From contig JAGUZQ010000032.1 of the NCBI GenBank assembly GCA_020060765.1, positions 5,750-69,749 of the forward strand: DNA of 64,000 nt, read 5' to 3'. Below the pieces are notes generated by a model. The model did not search any database and had not been told where the DNA came from. It worked only from the letters and a program-made list of their open reading frames with translations. How positions within the stretch are numbered: the first letter of the stretch is position 1; every line of letters starts with the position of its first letter. This document shows, piece after piece, positions 13,415 through 22,819 of this stretch. Source of the DNA: Planctomycetota bacterium. Lineage in GTDB: Bacteria > Planctomycetota > SZUA-567. Made by a program: the position numbers and the translations under genes.

Positions 13415-14830
13415 TTGGCCAAGGTCGACATCAGCAAGTTTATCAAGAAAGCCGAAGACGCGCTTAACCGCAGAAACTACGAGTTGGCGATTTACAGCTA
13501 TACCCAGGCGCTGGCTCTGCAACCCGATAACGTCGATGCCAGGGAAAAACTGCGCATGACCCAAACCCGCGCGGCCAGCGAAACCGGCGGCGGCGGTTTT
13601 GTTAAGTTCTTTCTCCCCTTTATCAAAGCCAATCTCCTGTCCACTCTCGGCAAACAGGAACAGGCCATTATCGCCTGCGAGGCCGCGCTTACCGCCAACC
13701 CCTCCCACATTGGCGCAATGAAATTATTGGCAAAGTGTGCGGAAACCGCCGAGATGGTGGAACTGGCCGCTTGGCAGCGGCGTGAAATCGCCGACAAGCA
13801 CGACCAGGAAGACATTGACAATCTGCTGGAACTGGCGGAATTGTACAAGGAACTGGAACGGGGCAAGGACGCGGTGGAATGCTATTCCCGGGCGCAGAAA
13901 ATCGATCCCGATCTGGATATCGAAGGCGATATCCGCGACGCCGAGGCACAGATGACCAGCGCCATTTACAACAAAGGCGCAACCGATGGTGCCCGCTCCA
14001 TTCTCAAGGACACGGAAGAAACCGAAATGCTGGAAATGGATCCCAGCAAACTCCGCAGCGACGAGGACAGGTTAAAATACATTTCCTATCGCCTCTCACA
14101 CGACGCGATAGAGCGCCCCGACGACCATCGCATCTATCTCCAGCTGGGCGATATCTGTTATAACATGGACGATTGGGAAAAGGGCTACTATGACGGCAAA
14201 AAATTCCTGGAAAAAGCGCACGAACTCAGCCCCGCCGACAATTCCGTACTGGATCGCCAAGGCGATTTTGAAATCAAGCGGATGAAGGTGGAAATCCGCG
14301 AGCAACAGGACAAGCTGCAGAAAAGCCCCGATAACGCGCAGCTAAAGGAAAAGGTGCAGAAACTTAGCGCCGACCGGGTCGCCTACGAAATCGCCGAGTA
14401 TCAGCGCCGCGTAGCCGCCCAGCCGCTTAAAAGTAATTTCCACTATCGCCTGGGCGAGCTTTATTTCCAGACCAAGCGCAACGACGAGGCGGTCGGCGAA
14501 TTGCAGTTGGCGGCTAAAGACCCGAAATTCAAGATCAACGCCCTGACCATGCTGGGGCGCGCTTTTCTCGCCACCGGCCAGTTCGACATGGCAATCAGTC
14601 AGTTCACCCGCGCGCGGGAAGGGCAGGAGCTGTTTGTCAAAATCCGCGATGCGCTTTATTACGAGGCGCAGGCTTACGAAAAGAAATACGATGCCAACCC
14701 CGCAGTCGGCGCGGAGCAATTGAAAAAATCCCTGGCTATCTATACCAAGATTTACGAGACCGATATCAGTTTCAAGGACGTCAAGCTCAAGGTGCCGGAA
14801 CTGCAGCAGCGGGTGAAGGAAGCATCCTGA
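13415..14830 (+). CDS. TPR-like repeat protein
   Basis: TTG start after GGAGGA. TPR signatures (YELAIYSYTQALALQPDN, AVECYSRAQKIDPD). Confidence 0.75.
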   Translation: MAKVDISKFIKKAEDALNRRNYELAIYSYTQALALQPDNVDAREKLRMTQTRAASETGGGGFVKFFLPFIKANLLSTLGKQEQAIIACEAALTANPSHIGAMKLLAKCAETAEMVELAAWQRREIADKHDQEDIDNLLELAELYKELERGKDAVECYSRAQKIDPDLDIEGDIRDAEAQMTSAIYNKGATDGARSILKDTEETEMLEMDPSKLRSDEDRLKYISYRLSHDAIERPDDHRIYLQLGDICYNMDDWEKGYYDGKKFLEKAHELSPADNSVLDRQGDFEIKRMKVEIREQQDKLQKSPDNAQLKEKVQKLSADRVAYEIAEYQRRVAAQPLKSNFHYRLGELYFQTKRNDEAVGELQLAAKDPKFKINALTMLGRAFLATGQFDMAISQFTRAREGQELFVKIRDALYYEAQAYEKKYDANPAVGAEQLKKSLAIYTKIYETDISFKDVKLKVPELQQRVKEAS

Positions 14831-14851
14831 AGACTGCGCCATCTATAACAG

Positions 14852-14880
14852 TCCTCCCTCTTCCGGGGAGGATTTTTTTT
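14852..14880 (+). terminator. rho-independent terminator
   Basis: TCCTCCC-loop-GGGAGGA followed by T8, 22 nt after the stop. Confidence 0.7.
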
Positions 14881-14916
14881 CGTGGCTGTTTGTAAATATT
14901 TATCTGGGAGAAATGA

Positions 14917-16542
14917 ATGCCGACCAATGTCATTAAATGTGAAGATATCCTTTCGACTGAGGAGATCGCGGCTATCGATTCTTTCGCCGCCGCCAATGCC
15001 GGCCTCGCTTCCCTGCCGGAATGGGGCGTATTCCTGACCGAGAAGTTCTGTCTGGAACTGGCGGCCGATCCCGATATCGTGCAGGGATTCGTCAACGACA
15101 GCTCCAATCTTCCCGGCGCGGCGGGGGGCGTGCTGCGCCCGGTGAGCGAACGCGAGTGCGCCGCCGCTTTCCGCGCCTGTTTCAAGGCGGGAATTCCTTA
15201 TACCCTCTCCGCCGGACGCAGCAACCTTACCGGCAGCGCCACCCCCGATGGCGGCGTGATAATCTCCCTTAGCAAAATGACGGAACCCGAAGTCACGGTA
15301 GACGTGGAGACAAAAACCGTGCGCGCCAATATCGCCGTGATCGTGGAAGACCTGCGTAACGCTGTGCTGAAACAGAGCGGCAAGAAACTGGTGTTTCCGG
15401 TCGACCCCACCAGTCGCGCCGACGCGGCAGTAGGCGGGGCGCTCGCATGTAATGCCTCAGGCTTCGTTCCCGGCGAAAGCGGCGCAATCCGCGACTGGGT
15501 GCAGGCTATTGATTTTCTCCTGCCTGACGGGAAAAAGTTGACCGCCTCGCGCGGCCAGTATGTTTCGCAAGCGGGAAAATTCATCCTGCAACAGAACGGC
15601 GCGACTGTCGAGTGGCCGGTGCCGACCCACCCGCGCGTGGCGATAAAGAACGCGGGCGGGCCTTATTCTTCCGAGGATGGAGCCGTCGACCTGATCGACC
15701 TGATCGTCGGCAGCGAAGGCCTGTTTGGCGCGGTAACGGCCTGCACTTTGAAACTCGCCGACCGTCCCGACGATTACCTCGACCTGTTTTTCTCCCTGCC
15801 CGGAGAGGCGGAAGCGGTCAAACTGCGTGACGCGGTTTATGCCAAGTTGGACGGCGATCTGGGCAAGCTGTCGGCGCTGGAATATTTCGGAGTCAACTGT
15901 CGCCAGTACATGGATCACGAGGAACGCCTTTTTCTCGGCAACAACCAGGTGGCGATTTACTTGCAAGTGCCGCTTTTCGGCGTCGACGCGGAGGAGGCGG
16001 CGGAGGCGTGGTTCGAATTTTTGCTCGAAGCCGACTGCGGCATCGACGAAGATGCGGTGATGCTGCTGGACAACGACCGTGACCGCGCCGTCTTCATGGA
16101 AGCACGCCACAGCCTTCCCGCTAACGCCCTGGAAGTCGTCCAGCATCGCGGCACTTACACCATCATGACCGATATGGTAGTGCCGGCGGAAAAATTCCCC
16201 GACTTCCTCGACTACACCCACAATCTCATCAACGCCGAAAAAATGGATTATCTCTCTTTCGGTCATTTCGGCGACTGCCATTTGCATTTCACCATCCTGC
16301 CGGAAAAGGCGCAGCTCGACCGGGCGGTGGAGATATACGACCAAATCGTCGCCAAGAGCGCGGAACTGGGCGGCGTCTATTCCGGCGAGCACGGCACCGG
16401 CAAGCGTAAGCGCAAGGATTTCCTCGCCTGCCACGGTCAGGCGGGCGTGGACGCGGTGGCAGCGTGCAAGGCGGCGATCGACCCGCAGTTCCTGCTCAAT
16501 CGCGGCAATGTTCTCGAAGCGCCGCGCCACGTTATGGTTTGA
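14917..16542 (+). CDS. FAD-linked oxidase (GlcD / D-lactate dehydrogenase-like)
   Basis: LIDLIVGSEGLFGAVTACTLKL and C-terminal GEHGTGKRKRKDF are typical of FAD_binding_4 / FAD-oxidase_C proteins. Confidence 0.85.
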   Translation: MPTNVIKCEDILSTEEIAAIDSFAAANAGLASLPEWGVFLTEKFCLELAADPDIVQGFVNDSSNLPGAAGGVLRPVSERECAAAFRACFKAGIPYTLSAGRSNLTGSATPDGGVIISLSKMTEPEVTVDVETKTVRANIAVIVEDLRNAVLKQSGKKLVFPVDPTSRADAAVGGALACNASGFVPGESGAIRDWVQAIDFLLPDGKKLTASRGQYVSQAGKFILQQNGATVEWPVPTHPRVAIKNAGGPYSSEDGAVDLIDLIVGSEGLFGAVTACTLKLADRPDDYLDLFFSLPGEAEAVKLRDAVYAKLDGDLGKLSALEYFGVNCRQYMDHEERLFLGNNQVAIYLQVPLFGVDAEEAAEAWFEFLLEADCGIDEDAVMLLDNDRDRAVFMEARHSLPANALEVVQHRGTYTIMTDMVVPAEKFPDFLDYTHNLINAEKMDYLSFGHFGDCHLHFTILPEKAQLDRAVEIYDQIVAKSAELGGVYSGEHGTGKRKRKDFLACHGQAGVDAVAACKAAIDPQFLLNRGNVLEAPRHVMV

Positions 16543-17746
16543 TTGCTATTTCCCGCAGCGCGTCTGAAAGGCGGGAGATCTGTTTTTTCAGCAGGAATTC
16601 CTCGCGCGCGGCTGCGGCTGCGCTGGCGAATTTTTTCAATAACCCGCGCTCGTTAACCAGTTTTTCCAACGCCCCGGCCAGCAAGTCGGGGCGTTCGTCT
16701 TCCACCGCGATGCCGACATTATACTTGCGCACGAGATTTGCCGCCTCGCCTTCGGGTACGCTGGCCAACACCGGCAGTCCGCAACCGACGTATTCGAAAA
16801 GCTTGTCCGGAGTCGCATAGGCGAATTGTTTCCCCGACCACGACATGAACCCTGCGTCAGCCGCGAGAATTTTCGCGCGCGCTTCGTCCGCGCCGAGAAA
16901 CCCGCCGTACGTAATCGCGGGCGGGCACATGTATTTGCAAAAATGTTTCCCGGTATAACGACTTTCTGGGCCGTAAAAAACCATCCTGATCTGTTCGGCA
17001 ATTTTCGGCGAACGGTTTTGCAGCAGATCGCAGGCTTCGCGGAAAATCTGCGGTCGCTGCATAGCGGTAATCGCGCCAGCACAGATGAAATTCAACACGC
17101 CGCTATAATCCTTCTCCGCCAATTCCGGCAGTTCGCCCAGAAAGCCGTTCAGGATTACTTCGATTTTTTCCGGCGCAATCCCGTGTCGCCGCAGCAGGTT
17201 ATTCTTGACGGTTTCGGTGGTGACGCTGATATATTTAGCTTCTTGCACCAGTTCGCGTTCGATGCGTAGCGTCCGCGCGGCCTGCCATTTGCGCCAGCCT
17301 TGCGTGTCGATTTCGTAATATTCGTCGCGGAAATCCAGCGCCAGGGGACAGCCGGTCGCACGCGCGGCGGCGAGCGCGGCCAGATGGCTGCTGATGGGAA
17401 AATACAGCGACATGATTACCCCAGGCTCCCGGCGCAGGCGCTTGATCAGAACTTTTTCCACCGCCCGTTTCCAGTTCATCTGCGGACACGGCAGCAAGCC
17501 AGCCACGTATAATAATTCCCCCGTCAGCCACCAGGGCGTAACCGGAATCCGCACCACTTCTATGTCGGGATCGTCGATATTGATGGACTCATCGCGGATA
17601 AAATTGTTGAAATAACCGCTTGGGTTGGCGATGGTGAGAATCGTGACTTTCCAGCCCGCATCGGTCAATTCGCGCGCGCGCCAATACACCCGCCGCGACC
17701 GCGCGAGAGGAGGATAATAGAAATTGATGAAATAAATACGATTCAC
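16532..17746 (-). CDS. glycosyltransferase (GT4-like, GT-B fold)
   Basis: C-terminal KLFEYVGCGLPVLAS (E-x7-E region). 404 aa. Its 3' end overlaps the convergent oxidase gene by 11 nt. Confidence 0.8.
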   Translation of the reverse strand: MNRIYFINFYYPPLARSRRVYWRARELTDAGWKVTILTIANPSGYFNNFIRDESINIDDPDIEVVRIPVTPWWLTGELLYVAGLLPCPQMNWKRAVEKVLIKRLRREPGVIMSLYFPISSHLAALAAARATGCPLALDFRDEYYEIDTQGWRKWQAARTLRIERELVQEAKYISVTTETVKNNLLRRHGIAPEKIEVILNGFLGELPELAEKDYSGVLNFICAGAITAMQRPQIFREACDLLQNRSPKIAEQIRMVFYGPESRYTGKHFCKYMCPPAITYGGFLGADEARAKILAADAGFMSWSGKQFAYATPDKLFEYVGCGLPVLASVPEGEAANLVRKYNVGIAVEDERPDLLAGALEKLVNERGLLKKFASAAAAAREEFLLKKQISRLSDALREIAIKP

Positions 17747-17773
17747 GTTGATGCTCTATCTGAATGACGAAAA

Positions 17774-18940
17774 TCAGAACGCCTCTTCCTGGGGGGGCGC
17801 TTCAGCCGGAGCGGGTTTTTTCTCCGCCGGTTTTTGGTTGGCCGGTTTGGCCTCGTCCACCTCAAACACTTTTTTTTCCTCGTTCCACTTCAGCCTGTCC
17901 TTGTTTTCCTCGTACCAGGCAATCATATCCTTGGGCGATTTCACCTGGCCGGTATGGCGAAACAAAGCGCGCATGGTTTCCTGTAATTCATAATTCCGCG
18001 GGCCAAAACCGTTCCCCACCTGCAACGAGATTATCAACACTTTAAGCGCATCGGCGTCGCCATAGGCCAGCGCCTTGCGCGCAACCCGCTGCATCGCCCA
18101 TTCCTGCCCCGCGAACCGAAACCGTTTCCAGAATTTCAGAAAAGCTTCCCGGGGGTCGACGTCAGGCATCATCTCCAGTTTTTCCAGTATCTGCACCGCC
18201 AGATGCCCGTCAACCGCTTCCTCCAGATTTTTCAGTATCAGAGCGTTTATTTCTTTATCGTTCAGCATCGCCGCAATCTGGTAGAGTTCCTCCGGCAACT
18301 CCAACCCGGTCTGCAGATGTTTGATCACGGTCTGCTTTGCGTCCTGATGCCATCTGCGCGAGCAGATGGTTTTGGCCAAAGTGGGAAGGGTTTCGAAATT
18401 TTCCAAAATCAGGGCTTTGTTGTTATCGTTTGCCAATCGCTCAATCGCAGGCAACAGATAATACGATCCGTCCCCATGTCCATGTCCCTGAACTCGCAAC
18501 ACATCGATCAACACATCGATGTTTCGCGACTCAATTCTGGCCAGCATTCCGACCTGCGGGTCATCTGTGGAGAAGCAATTCTGTCTGGCGGAAAGCTCCA
18601 GTATCTTGTTGACGTACTCCTTGACCTCCAGAACGTTTTCCTTATCCGGCAGTTTAAGCGCGCCCAACGCCTTGCGATCGGCACTTTTTCTCGTGAAGTT
18701 GTCGTGCTCCAGGCCAAAAGGCAAAGCCGCCGCCGCTTCGTTATTGTCCTCCGGCTTGGTTTCCGGTTTTTTCGCCAGTTCTTTTTTGATTTCTTTCAAT
18801 TCGCAGCGCAGCTTTTCCACTTCCCGCCTGATCGCGCGCAATTCCTTGAGCATTTCCGCATTCAGATTAACTTCCTCCGCCCGGCAACAGGAAGCCAGAC
18901 ACGCTATTGTCATCCCAACGATAATAACTCGTGCTTTCAT
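17774..18940 (-). CDS. secreted hypothetical protein (coiled-coil N-terminus, helical repeats)
   Basis: Signal peptide MKARVIIVGMTIACLASCC. Long ORF with normal composition and no catalytic motif. Confidence 0.65.
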   Translation of the reverse strand: MKARVIIVGMTIACLASCCRAEEVNLNAEMLKELRAIRREVEKLRCELKEIKKELAKKPETKPEDNNEAAAALPFGLEHDNFTRKSADRKALGALKLPDKENVLEVKEYVNKILELSARQNCFSTDDPQVGMLARIESRNIDVLIDVLRVQGHGHGDGSYYLLPAIERLANDNNKALILENFETLPTLAKTICSRRWHQDAKQTVIKHLQTGLELPEELYQIAAMLNDKEINALILKNLEEAVDGHLAVQILEKLEMMPDVDPREAFLKFWKRFRFAGQEWAMQRVARKALAYGDADALKVLIISLQVGNGFGPRNYELQETMRALFRHTGQVKSPKDMIAWYEENKDRLKWNEEKKVFEVDEAKPANQKPAEKKPAPAEAPPQEEAF

Positions 18941-19234
18941 TTCCTCCCCCTTTATATAAACCCGACCAGCCTCATATTATGCCTTTGCTTGAACTTTTTT
19001 GCCAGTCTGTTTCAGAGTGAATGTTTAAACCGGCAAGCGTTGTCCATAATAAAAAAGGCATAAGCGAAGCCAGTGTTTTTATTCCCTTTGTCCTGTATTT
19101 CCGGCAAATGCTGGCTGGAATCAGTCATAATTCCTTCTTTCGACTTTTAAATTTTACTCTCCCGCTTTTATAAAAATATGATATGCTATTTCTGTTTTAT
19201 CAACAGACCTGATGCTTTTTCAGAAAGGAAAAAC

Positions 19235-20335
19235 ATGGCAGTAATCGAACTCAGACCCGAAACCGAATGCCTCTGGGACGAGGTGTCCCTGGGCGAAGTC
19301 ATGATCCGGCTTGATCCCGGCGACAATCGCATCCACACCTCCCGCCAGTTCGCCGCGTGGGAAGGCGGCGGGGAATACAACGTCGCCCGGGGCTTGCGCC
19401 GCTGCTTCAACCAGCGCACGGCGGTAGTAACCTCTTTCGTCGACAACCCCGTCGGACGCCTGCTAGAAGACCTGATCCTGCAGGGCGGCGTCGATATGCG
19501 TTACGTCAAATGGCTGCCCTTCGACGGCATCGGCCGCAAGGCGCGTAACGGCCTCAACTTCACCGAAAAAGGTTTCGGCCTGCGCGGCGCCGTCGGCTGC
19601 AGCGACCGCGGCCACACCGCCGCCAGTCTCCTCAAGAAAGGCGATATCGACTGGGAGCGCGTCTTCGGAAAAGACGGTGCTCGCTGGTTCCACTGCGGCG
19701 GCATCTTCGCGGCGCTTTCGGCTACTACCGCCGACGTCACTATCGAAGCCATGAAGACGGCGAAAAAATACGGCACCATCGTCAGTTACGATCTCAACTA
19801 CCGCCCTTCGCTCTGGAAGGATATCGGCGGCGCGGACAAAGCGCAGTCGGTCAACCGCGAGATCGCCAAGTATGTCGACGTCATGATCGGCAACGAAGAA
19901 GACTTTACCATGTCGCTGGGCTACGAGGTGGAAGGCGTCGACGACAACCTTTCGACCCTTGACCCCGCCAACTTCAAGCGGATGATCGAGCGCGTGATGA
20001 AGGACTACCCCAACTTCAAAGCTGTCGCCACCACCCTGCGCGGCGTCAAGACCGCCACTCTCAACGACTGGAGCGCGGTGGTGTACGCAGGCGGCGAATT
20101 CCACCAGGCTTCCGACCGGCAGAATACGGAAATCTACGACCGCGTCGGCGGCGGCGACTCTTTCGCATCGGGTCTGATCTACGGTTTCCTGAAGGGCATG
20201 GAGCCGCGGATGTGCGTCGAGTACGGCGCGGCTCACGGCGCGCTGGCGATGACCACTCCCGGCGATACCACCATGGCCACGCTCAAGGAAGTGGAAAAAC
20301 TGGTCGGCGGCGGCAGCGCCCGTGTCGATCGCTAA
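19235..20335 (+). CDS. PfkB-family sugar kinase (2-keto-3-deoxygluconate kinase-like)
   Basis: ATG after AAAGGA. C-terminal DRVGGGDSFASGLIYGFL is the PfkB signature 2. Confidence 0.85.
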   Translation: MAVIELRPETECLWDEVSLGEVMIRLDPGDNRIHTSRQFAAWEGGGEYNVARGLRRCFNQRTAVVTSFVDNPVGRLLEDLILQGGVDMRYVKWLPFDGIGRKARNGLNFTEKGFGLRGAVGCSDRGHTAASLLKKGDIDWERVFGKDGARWFHCGGIFAALSATTADVTIEAMKTAKKYGTIVSYDLNYRPSLWKDIGGADKAQSVNREIAKYVDVMIGNEEDFTMSLGYEVEGVDDNLSTLDPANFKRMIERVMKDYPNFKAVATTLRGVKTATLNDWSAVVYAGGEFHQASDRQNTEIYDRVGGGDSFASGLIYGFLKGMEPRMCVEYGAAHGALAMTTPGDTTMATLKEVEKLVGGGSARVDR

Positions 20336-20358
20336 TCGCTGAAACATGCACGCTTCGG

Positions 20359-20386
20359 GGGCGCGGATTTTCCGCGCCCTTTTTTT
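20359..20386 (+). terminator. rho-independent terminator
   Basis: GGGCGCGGA-ttt-TCCGCGCCC followed by T7. Confidence 0.7.
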
Positions 20387-20461
20387 ATATGCTTGCACGG
20401 ACGCCGGTGAGATAGATACAATACTTTGAAATATGTCGTTTCGATTTAACGGGGAAATCTC

Positions 20462-21136
20462 ATGGCTAACGGTTTTTCTCTTCATTTGGAACAGGACAGC
20501 CTGCCGGTGCCGGAAACCGGCGGCAATCCTGTTGCTATCACCATTCGCGCCGGTTCCGCCCGGATCACGCGCCTGTCGCTGGAAGACGGCGAATTGGTGA
20601 TAACCATCAAGGCGGAACTGGCGGACGCTTCGCTGGAAGCGGGAAATCTTCCCCCCTCTCCGCCTGGAGAAAACCCGGATGAATTCGCGTCGCCACCGGA
20701 AATCACGGCGGAACAGGAGCCAGTCCTTCAACCTGTTTCCGAACCAGAAATCGCGCCAGAGAAAAATCTTTTCCTGCCCGCCGAAGACGAGGAGACAGCT
20801 CCTCCCCGTTACGGCGAGCCGGAACGCGAAATCGAAGCGGCAGCAGTCACGGATTTTTTTAACCTGCCGACTCCCGCCGTCGCAACCGAAGAACAGGCAG
20901 AGAAAAATCCTGAGCCTGACGAGGAGGAACCGCAGGAGAAAGAATCTGTCGAAGAGACTAAACCCGAGCCTTTCCTCCATCTGCAAACCGCACCCGCAAC
21001 CGAGCAGCAGATCACGCATATCCGTTACACCTGCCCCCGCTGCCATCAGCCGGGAGAAAAGGAAATCGGCACCGTCGGTTCGATTGTCACCTGCGGAAAC
21101 TGCGGGCGCGCCATGCGCCTGACTTTCAAGAAATAG
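20462..21136 (+). CDS. acidic Pro/Glu-rich protein with C-terminal zinc ribbon
   Basis: CPRC..17 aa..CGNC at the C-terminus. The middle is low-complexity and E/P-rich. Confidence 0.6.
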   Translation: MANGFSLHLEQDSLPVPETGGNPVAITIRAGSARITRLSLEDGELVITIKAELADASLEAGNLPPSPPGENPDEFASPPEITAEQEPVLQPVSEPEIAPEKNLFLPAEDEETAPPRYGEPEREIEAAAVTDFFNLPTPAVATEEQAEKNPEPDEEEPQEKESVEETKPEPFLHLQTAPATEQQITHIRYTCPRCHQPGEKEIGTVGSIVTCGNCGRAMRLTFKK

Positions 21137-21139
21137 CTT

Positions 21140-22015
21140 ATGGCTGAATCCATTTCTCCCCAGGAACTGGTTCGCCTTTTCCGTTCCGAACTCGACAAGA
21201 AAATCGCCGAGGCCGAAGCGGGAAAACTGAAACTGCGGCTGCCGAAAATCCGCGACCGCATGGCGCTGCGCAAAGGTCTGCACCTGCATTATGAGCCGGA
21301 AGTTTTCCTGCAACTGGGCGGCACTTCTATCATGTCGTTCCCGCAAGAGACCTTAAGGGTCAAGACGGGGGAAGTGCTGCTGGTGCCGCGCGGGATGCCG
21401 CACATCGAGCATTGCGCCGGAGATTTCCGCAATCTTGTTCTTGCCTTTCACCAGGATTCCATTTCCGTTCATCTCTCCCGCGCTACCGCCGACCATCGCC
21501 CGCGCGTGATCGCTGCGGAACGTTTTTCCGTCAACAATCCCCGCCTGATCTGGCGAAATCTGGACGAACTGTGCAACCTGCTGGACGATAAAAAAGGTTG
21601 CTGGCGGATTGTCTCGCGGGGTCTGCTGCTGGTCTCGCTGGGGATGTTGCTGGACGTCACCGCCGGAGAACTCGAACCCCCGACCGGCCTCAGCCCCAAG
21701 ATTGTAAAATGCCGCCATCTGGTGATCGGCGGGCTTTCCGAACCGGAACTCAGCGTAAAAAGCCTCGCGCAGGCGCTGTCCTGTTCCGCTGATTACCTGT
21801 CCCACCTGTTCCATCTGGAGACCGGCGAAACGTTGGTCGGCTATATCAACCGTCAACGGATCGATTATGCCAGGCATCTGCTGGAGCATAGCAGCTTGAA
21901 CATCTCGGAAGTGGCCTACGCCTGCGGTTACGCCGACCCCGGCTATTTCGCCCGGCTGTTCCGCAGAGAAACCGGCCACACCCCCCGCCAGTTCCGCCAG
22001 GAGCAGGCAGGCTGA
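21140..22015 (+). CDS. AraC-family transcriptional regulator (cupin + HTH)
   Basis: C-terminal HTH pair (SVKSLAQALSCSADYLSHLF..ISEVAYACGYADPGYFARLFRRETGHTPRQFR). Confidence 0.85.
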   Translation: MAESISPQELVRLFRSELDKKIAEAEAGKLKLRLPKIRDRMALRKGLHLHYEPEVFLQLGGTSIMSFPQETLRVKTGEVLLVPRGMPHIEHCAGDFRNLVLAFHQDSISVHLSRATADHRPRVIAAERFSVNNPRLIWRNLDELCNLLDDKKGCWRIVSRGLLLVSLGMLLDVTAGELEPPTGLSPKIVKCRHLVIGGLSEPELSVKSLAQALSCSADYLSHLFHLETGETLVGYINRQRIDYARHLLEHSSLNISEVAYACGYADPGYFARLFRRETGHTPRQFRQEQAG

Positions 22016-22090
22016 GGATTTTCTTGACTCCGGTTTCGCCAGGTGTAGTATGATCTGTAACTTGTGCAGGCCTGTATCACTGGAGCGCGC

Positions 22091-22780
22091 ATGCCCTATC
22101 TCAGAATTTTCGACGTGGAAAAAGGCTCCTGCGAGTTCGAACTGAAAGCCGCGCGCGTGGTGATCGGGCGGCACGTTGATGCCGACATTGTGCTGAACAA
22201 TGTGACTGTCTCGCGCATTCACGCGCTCCTGCGCAAAGATACTGAAGGTTATGTCATCGAGGACGCCAACGCCCGCGCCGGAACCTATGTCAACCACGAA
22301 CGCGTGAATAAGCGCCTGCTCAAGCACGGCGACACTATCCAGATTTCGGTTTTTGTCATGGAGTACCGCACCGACGACCTGGAGCGGTTGAAAGAATTGA
22401 CCGGCGAGGACAGCGCCATCAACCGTTCGCTGAAAATGAATTTCAAGAAAGTTCCCGCCGCGTTGAATATCCGTTACCGCCTGCTTTCAGTCAAACCGCG
22501 CGATATCTTTTTCCAGGGCGATACGCTGGAGATTGGCGGCGGGGGAATGCTGGTGCCGGTCTGGGAGCCGTTGGAGGAAGGGGCGTGCCTGGAACTGGAA
22601 CTTGGCTGCCAGGGAGGCAAGCCGCGTTCGTTCATGGGCGAGGTGATCGCCGTCGTTACCGACCACAACAAGCCCGCGATGTGCATCAAACTCCACAAGA
22701 TGAAAACGGAACGTTACGATGAAATGATGCGCTGGGCGCGGCGGGGAAGCTGGGTGGAACTGTCGCGAATCAATGATTAA
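22091..22780 (+). CDS. FHA-domain protein with C-terminal PilZ-like domain
   Basis: FHA core VVIGRHVDADIVLNNVTVSRIHALL..GTYVNHERV. The C-terminal beta-rich domain with TLEIGGGGMLV resembles PilZ, but the RxxxR and DxSxxG motifs are not intact. Confidence 0.7.
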   Translation: MPYLRIFDVEKGSCEFELKAARVVIGRHVDADIVLNNVTVSRIHALLRKDTEGYVIEDANARAGTYVNHERVNKRLLKHGDTIQISVFVMEYRTDDLERLKELTGEDSAINRSLKMNFKKVPAALNIRYRLLSVKPRDIFFQGDTLEIGGGGMLVPVWEPLEEGACLELELGCQGGKPRSFMGEVIAVVTDHNKPAMCIKLHKMKTERYDEMMRWARRGSWVELSRIND

Positions 22781-22819
22781 TGTCATAAAGCGTCGCCTTT
22801 AATATAAAGGTCACTGCAT

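Noticed and set aside
19463-21346. 627-aa minus-strand ORF spanning the kdgK-like, zinc-ribbon and araC genes
   Set aside because: It is antisense to three well-supported + strand genes. The translation is an Arg/Gly/Ala-rich shadow typical of GC-rich DNA and has no motifs.
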